A stretch of DNA of 24,000 bases from Gammaproteobacteria bacterium (GTDB lineage: Bacteria; Pseudomonadota; Gammaproteobacteria; Pseudomonadales; Ketobacteraceae), in assembly GCA_041395845.1 (NCBI GenBank), contig JAWKZS010000001.1, positions 196,470 through 220,469 on the forward strand, in the 5' to 3' direction. The notes under the pieces were generated by a model. That model saw only the letters and a program-made list of their open reading frames with translations, had not been told where the DNA came from and made no database searches. Position 1 is the stretch's first letter; the number at the start of each line of letters is the position of its first letter. A program made the translations under genes and the position numbers. Below, piece after piece: positions 17,737-24,000 of this stretch.

Positions 17737-18630
17737 ATGCGTCTATGGATTTTCGTTACCCTGCTGCTGGTTTCGACCAGCAGTCAGGCCCGGCTGAACG
17801 TATTTGCCTGCGAACCGGAATGGGCGGCGCTGACCGCGGCCCTGGCGGGAGACAAGGCGGAGATTTTTACCGCGACGACTGCCCTGCAGGACCCTCATCA
17901 CATCGAGGCACGGCCAAGCCTGATCGCACGGATGCGCAAGGCGGATCTGGTGGTGTGCAGCGGTGCCGAGCTGGAAACCGGCTGGTTGCCGCTGCTGCTG
18001 CGTGCGTCCGGCAATCCGCGGGTGCAGTCCCGGCAACCGGGCTATTTCGAAGCGGCCATGCAGGTGGAACGCCTCGGCATCCCGGAACGGCTGGATCGCC
18101 GCGACGGTGATGTGCACAGCCAGGGCAATCCCCATGTGCATCTGGACCCGCGCCGGCTGCTGCAGATTGGCGCGGCCCTGAGCCAACGCCTGCAAACCAT
18201 CGACACAGCGAACGCGCCGTTTTATCAGACGCAGCTGCAGCAGTGGCTGGCGGACTTCACTGCCCGCATGGCGCGCTGGGAACAGCAGGCGATCACGCTG
18301 CGCGGCAAAGCCGTGGTGGTGCAGCATGACAACTGGGCCTATCTGGTGGACTGGTTGCAGCTGACGCAGGTTGCCACCATCGAACCGCGGCCGGGCATTC
18401 CCCCCAGCGGTGCCGACCAGAAACGTCTGCTGGAGACCCTGAGCAAGCAGAAGCCCGCGCTGATCCTGGCCGCCACCCATGAAAATCCCAAGGCGGCCCA
18501 CTGGCTGGGCAAGCAACTGGGCGTACCAGTAGTGATTCTGCCGTTCACGGTGGGTGCCGATGACGCGACCCAGAATCTGCCGGCGCTGTTCGACCGCACC
18601 CTGCAACTGCTGGGGGCTGGTGCACCATGA
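17737..18630 (+). CDS. Cluster-9 (TroA/ZnuA-type) metal ABC transporter substrate-binding protein
   Basis: AGGAGG overlaps the upstream stop. Signal peptide MRLWIFVTLLLVSTSSQA. Metal-ligand-type motifs QDPHHIEARPS and GNPHVHLDP resemble the ZnuA-family DPH....PS and NPH.WLDP motifs. A late HDNWAYL motif is present. It lacks the long His-rich loop of classical ZnuA. Confidence 0.8.
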   Translation: MRLWIFVTLLLVSTSSQARLNVFACEPEWAALTAALAGDKAEIFTATTALQDPHHIEARPSLIARMRKADLVVCSGAELETGWLPLLLRASGNPRVQSRQPGYFEAAMQVERLGIPERLDRRDGDVHSQGNPHVHLDPRRLLQIGAALSQRLQTIDTANAPFYQTQLQQWLADFTARMARWEQQAITLRGKAVVVQHDNWAYLVDWLQLTQVATIEPRPGIPPSGADQKRLLETLSKQKPALILAATHENPKAAHWLGKQLGVPVVILPFTVGADDATQNLPALFDRTLQLLGAGAP

Positions 18631-19382
18631 ACCTGGCGGATCTGACCATCCTGCTGCCGGCGCTGGTCGCCGGCTTTCTGGTGGTGTTTTCGCATGTGCC
18701 ACTGGGGCGGGAAGTGGTACAGCGGGGCATCATCTTTATCGATCTGGCGATTGCCCAGATCGCCGGCGTCGGGGTGATTGCCGCCCGCCTGCTGCATTTT
18801 GAATCCCCGATCGCCATTCAGCTGTTTGCCGCTACGGCGGCGCTGGCGGGCGCCCTGCTGCTGGCCTGGACCGACCGGCGCATGGGTGCGCTGCAAGAAC
18901 CGCTGATCGGCGTGCTGTTTGTGCTGGCGGCCACCGGAGGCCTGATGCTGCTGGCACAGGACCCGCACGGCGGTGATGCCCTCAAGGATATGCTGGCCGG
19001 CCAGATCCTCTGGGTGGATACCGGGCAGCTGGCCTGGAGTGCGCTCATCCTGGTGCCCTGCGGACTGCTGTGGCTGCTGGCGGGCCGGCGCCTGGGCAAC
19101 CTGGGGTTCTATGCCATCTTTGCCATCTGCATCACCACCAGTGTGCAGCTGGTGGGGGTCTATCTGGTGTTTGCCACTCTGGTGATCCCTGCGCTGGCCG
19201 CCCGCCAATGGAACGGCCCCACGGGGCTGGGCTGGGCCTGGGTGATGGGCATGACCGGCTTCATGGCCGGCCTGTTCTGCTCGCTGCGCTGGGATCTGCC
19301 GGCGGCGCCGCTGATTGTCTGGTGCCTGGCAGTGCTGGCCTTGCTGCTGGGCACCACCCTAAACCGATCCCACACCGCATGA
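18627..19382 (+). CDS. ABC-3 family (ZnuB-like) metal ABC transporter permease
   Basis: ATGA overlap with the binding-protein gene. 251 aa with about 7-8 TM helices. The patterns FIDLAIAQIAGVG, LAGQILWV and ATLVIPALAAR correspond to conserved ZnuB/ABC-3 blocks as I recall them. Confidence 0.8.
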   Translation: MNLADLTILLPALVAGFLVVFSHVPLGREVVQRGIIFIDLAIAQIAGVGVIAARLLHFESPIAIQLFAATAALAGALLLAWTDRRMGALQEPLIGVLFVLAATGGLMLLAQDPHGGDALKDMLAGQILWVDTGQLAWSALILVPCGLLWLLAGRRLGNLGFYAIFAICITTSVQLVGVYLVFATLVIPALAARQWNGPTGLGWAWVMGMTGFMAGLFCSLRWDLPAAPLIVWCLAVLALLLGTTLNRSHTA

Positions 19383-19500
19383 TCCGGCGGCACCTTTCCC
19401 GCCGGTGACAGTCAAATGAGTACCCGTACGCCCCATCCGTTGTTATCCGGAGCGTGGACCAGTAACCTTTCAACCATCACTCAACCAGGACGTTACCACC

Positions 19501-20376
19501 ATGAAAAACATCTGGACCATCTTCGCGATGATCTTTGTCTTCGCCCTCACCACATCGCCGGCGGAAGCGAAAAAGTTCGGCGGCGGCAAGACCTTTGGCT
19601 CCACCCGCCAGACGGCACCGGCACAACCGGCCCCGCGCCAGGATGCCGCAACCCCGACCCAGAATCCTGCTGCCGGCGCTGCCGCTGCTACCGCGGGCAA
19701 GAAAGGCATGCTCGGTGGTCTGATGGGTGGCCTGCTGGCCGGTGGTCTGATCGCTGCCATGCTGGGGGGCGCGTTTGAAGGCATCCAGTTCATGGATATT
19801 CTGATCATCGGCCTGCTGGCGTTCGTATTGTTCAAGCTGTTGCGCCGGCGTCCGGCCGCTGCGGGGCCTGCACCCCAGCCCGCCTACAACGCGCCGGCAC
19901 CGATGCCACAGGCTGATCAGCGCAGCGCGTTCGATTCGGTTCCGCCAGCCCGCGACACCCTGTTCGGCAATGGCGGCGGCTTTAGCGCATCCAGCGTACC
20001 GTTCAATCTGCCCGATGGTTTCAACCTGCCCGCGTTTATTGCTGGTGCCCGCGAGCACTATCGCACGTTGCAGGAAGCCTGGAACGAATGCGATATGGAC
20101 GAAATCCAGGATTACGTAACGCCGTCCCTTTTCAACGATCTGAAAGCGGAACGCGCCACCTTGCCAGGCAAACAGCACACCGAAGTGCTTTATGTGGACG
20201 CCGAACTGGTACGAGCGGATTTTGACGGCGTACAAGCGCAGGTGAGCGTCAAGTTCACTGGCCGTTATCGTGATACTGTTGAAGGTATTGAAGAGCCCAT
20301 CACCGACATCTGGCATCTAGAGCGGGATCTGACGCTGCCTGACGCACCCTGGTTCATTGCCGGCATCGAAGGCTGA
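19501..20376 (+). CDS. Tim44-like domain protein (signal peptide, Gly-rich TM, C-terminal Tim44-like domain)
   Basis: Signal peptide MKNIWTIFAMIFVFALTTSPAEA, then a Gly-rich hydrophobic segment GMLGGLMGGLLAGGLIAAMLGG, a TM helix ILIIGLLAFVLFKLL, and a C-terminal region (FNLPAFIAGAREHYRTLQEAWNECDMDEIQDYVTPSLFNDL...WHLER...WFIAGIE) matching the bacterial Tim44-like domain pattern. Confidence 0.8.
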   Translation: MKNIWTIFAMIFVFALTTSPAEAKKFGGGKTFGSTRQTAPAQPAPRQDAATPTQNPAAGAAAATAGKKGMLGGLMGGLLAGGLIAAMLGGAFEGIQFMDILIIGLLAFVLFKLLRRRPAAAGPAPQPAYNAPAPMPQADQRSAFDSVPPARDTLFGNGGGFSASSVPFNLPDGFNLPAFIAGAREHYRTLQEAWNECDMDEIQDYVTPSLFNDLKAERATLPGKQHTEVLYVDAELVRADFDGVQAQVSVKFTGRYRDTVEGIEEPITDIWHLERDLTLPDAPWFIAGIEG

Positions 20377-20389
20377 TACCGGTCTTATC

Positions 20390-20418
20390 GCCGCGCTTGC
20401 CACCACAGGCAGCGCGGC
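20390..20418. terminator. GC-rich hairpin between convergent Tim44-like gene and dtd (possible bidirectional terminator)
   Basis: GCCGCGCT(T)GCC - ACCACA - GGCAGCGCGGC forms 11 bp with one bulged T, checked base by base. It lies 14 nt after the Tim44-like stop and 33 nt before the dtd stop. There is no clear U-tract on either side. Confidence 0.35.
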
Positions 20419-20450
20419 CATCCTGCCTACCGCTTCCTGACCAATACCAC

Positions 20451-20888
20451 TCAGCTTTCCAGCCAAAATGTCACTGGGCCATCATTCACCAGCGCCACCT
20501 GCATATCGGCGCCGAATGTTCCGGTCGCAACATCCTGCCACTGCGCCCGCGCCTGCTGCACTACATACTTGTACAGCCGCTCGCCTTCTGCCGGTGTAGC
20601 ACCCGATGAAAAACTCGGCCGCAGTCCTTTGCGGGTATCTGCCACCAGGGTGAACTGGGATACAATTAACAGACCGCCGTTGATATCACGCAGCGACAGG
20701 TTCATTTTTCCGTCGGCGTCGCTGAAGATGCGGTAGTTGAGCACTTTCTGCAGCAGCTTGTCGGCACGCGCTTCGTCGTCTTCCTTCTCCACGCCCAGCA
20801 ACAGCAGAATGCCGGGGCCGATGCTGCCCACCACATTGCCATCCACCGTGACACTGGCCTGGCGCACCCGCTGGATCAACCCTTTCAT
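20451..20888 (-). CDS. dtd: D-aminoacyl-tRNA deacylase
   Basis: I chose the ATG at 20888 ([17 protein letters not shown]..) with AGGAG 7-8 nt upstream. This gives 145 aa, collinear with E. coli Dtd (MIALIQRVTRASVTVEG..). It contains the SQFTL(V)AD and GPVT motifs. The longer ORF-track start at 20927 adds 13 non-conserved residues. Confidence 0.93.
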   Translation of the reverse strand: MKGLIQRVRQASVTVDGNVVGSIGPGILLLLGVEKEDDEARADKLLQKVLNYRIFSDADGKMNLSLRDINGGLLIVSQFTLVADTRKGLRPSFSSGATPAEGERLYKYVVQQARAQWQDVATGTFGADMQVALVNDGPVTFWLES

Positions 20889-20951
20889 TGGAACGCTCCT
20901 GTCAAACACCGTGGGCGATTGTAGCATTCCCGGTGCTGTGGACTGCAGGTA

Positions 20952-21905
20952 TCAGTGGGGTGTGTTCTGAATGGATTCAAAAGCACCCTGCAGGTACGAC
21001 ACGCGTCTGTACGCTGGATCGACCGACGCCAGAAAATCCGCTGGCGTTGCCTGTGTCTGAAAGAAGCGGTTGTCTTGATCCACAATGAGCTGTTCAATTT
21101 CCTGCACGACACTGCCCGTAGTGTCAGCTCTTGAAATATTGATGCAAGACAATGGGCGCGGAGACAAGCCACCATCCCCCAGGTATCCACCATTCACCAG
21201 GATCAATGAACCGAAATCAGCGGGAGATGCATCCTCTGTCCATGCATCGGATACCTGTAACGCAGGCAGCCAGCTCGCCACTCTCACGACAAGAAAAACG
21301 CCCGTACTGACCGCCTCGAGCAGCACGACATGCCAGATCCAACCTGCTTTTTTGTAAAAGCAGATGTAGTTGGGATTGCAGCATAGCCTGAATCCATGTC
21401 CCGCCATTTTTTGCACCAAGGAAGGGAACACGTCAGGAAGTGTTTTAACGCTGACCCGCCGGTACGGAATGCCGCCTTGCGTTACGTCTGCCTCCAATTC
21501 ACGAGCAACACCTTGGCGCTCATCCAGTGCAGCAGCAAGCTCAGTGGCCGCAGAAAACACGTCAAACCAGGGAAAAACAACATCCGAACACGCAGCCTGG
21601 ATCGCGCATACGATCTGCTCGCTATCGCCACCGAAAGAATGGTCATGATAATCCACTCCACCAGGTGATACCCGACCACCGACAAATGGCTGCCCAGCGT
21701 CAAATCGGGAAATCCCCTGGGCATCACTCGCAGTGCAGACATACGCTTCAACATACAGACTTTCATCAAACTTCGACCGGTGAATCAGGACATACTGGGA
21801 AACGTCATTCACAATACGCCCAAACTCACCTTGCCGGGTCTTGGCGAAGCCATGACCAGCGAGAGATTTTCCGATTTCAGTCAAAGCCTTTTTGTTGCCT
21901 GACAT
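20952..21905 (-). CDS. Hypothetical protein, 317 aa, internal tandem duplication of an about 150-aa alpha/beta module (DUF4304-like by pattern, unverified)
   Basis: ATG start, no TM helix or signal peptide. Two halves share an (L/M)AGHGF motif (aa 15-20 and 167-172), followed by a strand-like segment and a C-terminal helix pair. GC is about 53-55% in two 60-nt samples I counted, below the flanking regions. I saw no recognisable catalytic motif. Confidence 0.65.
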   Translation of the reverse strand: MSGNKKALTEIGKSLAGHGFAKTRQGEFGRIVNDVSQYVLIHRSKFDESLYVEAYVCTASDAQGISRFDAGQPFVGGRVSPGGVDYHDHSFGGDSEQIVCAIQAACSDVVFPWFDVFSAATELAAALDERQGVARELEADVTQGGIPYRRVSVKTLPDVFPSLVQKMAGHGFRLCCNPNYICFYKKAGWIWHVVLLEAVSTGVFLVVRVASWLPALQVSDAWTEDASPADFGSLILVNGGYLGDGGLSPRPLSCINISRADTTGSVVQEIEQLIVDQDNRFFQTQATPADFLASVDPAYRRVSYLQGAFESIQNTPH

Positions 21906-21948
21906 TACCGATTAACCATATGAGCATGGATTTGTTCAACTTCCACAA

Positions 21949-22335
21949 CTAATCGAGAAGACGCCACAGATCCAAACCCTGACGCTTTAGCAGCGACAAA
22001 GCATAGGGTAGCAATTCTCCGAATCGGGTGGTGTCGATATCATAACCTGCACCCACATCATCCAGATCCAGCTCGTCAAATCCCAACCCCATGGAAAGAT
22101 CCACCGCCACACTGGTATAGAGATCCTCCAACAGCAAGAACGCATCCTTTTGGGATCCAGGTGGCACACATCCCTGCTCCATACAGCGTTCCAGAAGGTA
22201 AGCCATGCTCACCCACTTGTTGATTTCGTCTTCATCAAAATGGTTTTCTTCTATGACTTTAGTGAAACCACCCTCGAAATGAAAATCGAGAGTGGTTTCA
22301 ACGTAACGGCATTTTTGATCGCGGTTCATACTCAT
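21949..22335 (-). CDS. Hypothetical small acidic cytoplasmic protein, 128 aa
   Basis: ATG start, no TM helix or signal peptide, rich in Asp/Glu (FDEDEINKW, GFDELDLDDVGAGYDID). GC is about 45% over 22141-22320 by hand count, clearly below the flanks. It lies 43 nt upstream of the 317-aa gene on the same strand. I do not recognise the family. Confidence 0.6.
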   Translation of the reverse strand: MSMNRDQKCRYVETTLDFHFEGGFTKVIEENHFDEDEINKWVSMAYLLERCMEQGCVPPGSQKDAFLLLEDLYTSVAVDLSMGLGFDELDLDDVGAGYDIDTTRFGELLPYALSLLKRQGLDLWRLLD

Positions 22336-22444
22336 GCGGATGGCCCATCAACACTCAGAATACTGTTTAGCGTAGCACGAACATCACACGAGGCTAAGAC
22401 ACGCACTTTTTATATAGCAGGCTATTGTGAGAAACAGCGAGACG

Positions 22445-24000
22445 TCAACAGACATACGTTGGCCCACTCCCTCCTTCCGGCGTCACCCAGGTAATGTTCT
22501 GGGCCGGATCCTTGATGTCACAGGTCTTGCAGTGCACACAGTTCTGACTGTTGATACGGAAGACCTGGGTACCATTTTCTGCCACCACTTCATACACCGC
22601 AGCTGGACAGTAACGCTGGGCCGGTTCAGCGAACTGCGGCAGATTCTGTTGCAGCGGAACTTGCGGATCAGCAAGGGTCAGATGGCAGGGCTGATCTTCT
22701 TCATGCTGGAGGTTCGCCAGATAGACTGACGACAAGCGATCGAAGCTGATCACACCATCAGGCTTGGGATAAGTTATCGGTTGGCACTGGTCGGCGGATT
22801 TCAGGCAGGCGTGATCAGGCCGGTCATCCTTGAGTGTGATGGGAGTCTTTCCTTTCAACAGACCGTAGTCGATGAAACTGAACACCGATCCGAGCAACAT
22901 GCCAAACCGGTGCATCGCCGGCGCAACATTGCGGGCTTTAAACAGCTCATCATAGACCCAGCTCTGTCGCAGGCGGTTTTCGATATCGACCAGATCCTCA
23001 CCGCCCGGCGATCCACGCTGCAAGGCTGCAAAGATGGTTTCTGCCGCCAGCATGCCGGTTTTCATCGCCGTGTGATTGCCCTTGATCTTGGGATAATTCA
23101 TGAAGCCCGCGTCGCAACCCGACAGCAATCCGCCGGGGAAGCTCAGGCGTGGAATGGCCTGAAATCCACCCTTGTTGATCGCACGGGCACTGTATTCCAG
23201 CCGGCATCCACCTTCGAGTAGCGGACGAATCAGCGGATGCTGTTTGAAGCGCTGCAGCTCCTCAAACGGACTCAGCCAGGGATTGGCGTAATTCAGATCG
23301 GTGATGAGCCCGAGCGAAACCCGATTACGCTCGAAATGATAGAGAAAGCCACCGCCACCGGTACCACTTGCCGCCAGCGGCCAGCCGAATGCATGCACCA
23401 CTTTGCCGGGCCGGAATTTTGCCGGATCGATTTCCCACACTTCCTTGATACCGATGGCGTAATGCTGCACCCCGCTGTCACGATCCAGTCCATAATCCCG
23501 GATCAGCTGTTTGCCCAGATGACCGCGACAACCTTCAGCAAACAGGGTGTATTTGGCCAGGATATCCACGCCGGGTGTGAATCCGGTTTTCGGCTCGCCC
23601 TGACGATCACGCCCCATGTCGCCGGTGCGAATGCCACGCACGATACCGGCGTCGTCGCGGATCAGTTCGCTGGCGGCAAAGCCTGGGTAAATTTCGACGC
23701 CCAGCGCCTCGGCCTGTTGCGCCAGCCAGCGGCACAGATGGCCAAGACTGATGATGTAATTGCCGTGATTGCGGATCACTCGTTCCGCCAGCAACGCCGG
23801 CAGCCGCACGCTTAACCGGGGCGACAGCAAGTAGTGGACTTCGTCTTCAGTTACAGACGTCTGGACCGGCGCACCGCGAGCCTGCCAGTCCGGAAACAGT
23901 TCATCCAGCGCGGTGGTTTGCAGCACTGCACCGGATACCGAATGGGCGCCGATCTCGGCCGCCTTTTCCACCAGACAGACGCTGATGTCCTGCCCATGCT
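22445..24000 (-). CDS. Electron-transfer flavoprotein:ubiquinone oxidoreductase (ETF-QO), 5' end outside the window
   Basis: The reading frame stays open upstream of the ORF-track start to the window edge (..HGQDISVCLVEKAAEIGAHSVSGAV, matching the ETF-QO N-terminal region). The C-terminal 4Fe-4S region CPAAVYEVV...NCVHCKTCDIKDPAQNITWVTPEGGSGPTY is nearly identical to the conserved ETF-QO C-terminus. Confidence 0.93.
   Translation of the reverse strand, partial: HGQDISVCLVEKAAEIGAHSVSGAVLQTTALDELFPDWQARGAPVQTSVTEDEVHYLLSPRLSVRLPALLAERVIRNHGNYIISLGHLCRWLAQQAEALGVEIYPGFAASELIRDDAGIVRGIRTGDMGRDRQGEPKTGFTPGVDILAKYTLFAEGCRGHLGKQLIRDYGLDRDSGVQHYAIGIKEVWEIDPAKFRPGKVVHAFGWPLAASGTGGGGFLYHFERNRVSLGLITDLNYANPWLSPFEELQRFKQHPLIRPLLEGGCRLEYSARAINKGGFQAIPRLSFPGGLLSGCDAGFMNYPKIKGNHTAMKTGMLAAETIFAALQRGSPGGEDLVDIENRLRQSWVYDELFKARNVAPAMHRFGMLLGSVFSFIDYGLLKGKTPITLKDDRPDHACLKSADQCQPITYPKPDGVISFDRLSSVYLANLQHEEDQPCHLTLADPQVPLQQNLPQFAEPAQRYCPAAVYEVVAENGTQVFRINSQNCVHCKTCDIKDPAQNITWVTPEGGSGPTYVC

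Noticed and set aside
19384-19405. Hairpin CCGGCGG-N8-CCGCCGG just after the permease stop, as an intrinsic terminator
   Set aside because: The stem is only 7 bp, the loop is 8 nt, and no U-tract follows (TGACAGTC). It is too weak to report as a terminator.
20889-22444. Flanking direct repeats, tRNA or integrase marking the low-GC cassette as a classical genomic island
   Set aside because: Comparing the two boundaries by eye (20889-20951 and 22336-22444) gave only short chance-level matches such as ATTGT(A/G). No tRNA, integrase or transposase is present, so I claim no mobile-element boundaries.

Overview
High-GC gammaproteobacterial chromosome, about 57-67% GC in stretches I hand-counted. 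Most of it is a conserved housekeeping backbone: priA (5' partial), two tandem membrane GGDEF diguanylate cyclases, argS, a SPOR-domain protein, hslV-hslU, a DUF971 protein, a stand-alone ABC1/UbiB-family kinase-like gene, ubiE-ubiJ-ubiB, hisE, tatA-tatB-tatC, a four-gene putative metal (zinc-type) uptake module, a Tim44-like protein, dtd, and ETF-ubiquinone oxidoreductase (5' partial). As I recall it, the priA-argS-SPOR-hslVU-DUF971 ... ubiE-ubiJ-ubiB-hisE-tatABC order matches Pseudomonas-type chromosomes. I found no rRNA, tRNA, CRISPR array, transposase or integrase. Four things are not explained by the backbone. (1) A lower-GC two-gene cassette of unknown function (20952-22335, minus strand) sits between ETF-QO and dtd; its larger protein is an internal tandem duplication. 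This is my best candidate for an accessory or undescribed system, but it is only a candidate. (2) The metal-uptake module pairs a His/Glu-rich outer-membrane barrel and a small His-bearing anchored protein with a ZnuA-like binding protein and a ZnuB-like permease, with no ATPase in the locus. (3) Two intergenic nested-hairpin elements of about 110 bp share one architecture: 28-30 bp arms and an exactly 52-nt spacer. (4) hisE has a consensus TATAAT 6 nt upstream of its ATG and no Shine-Dalgarno sequence, which suggests a leaderless mRNA. All functional calls come from reading motifs by eye. No database search was run.
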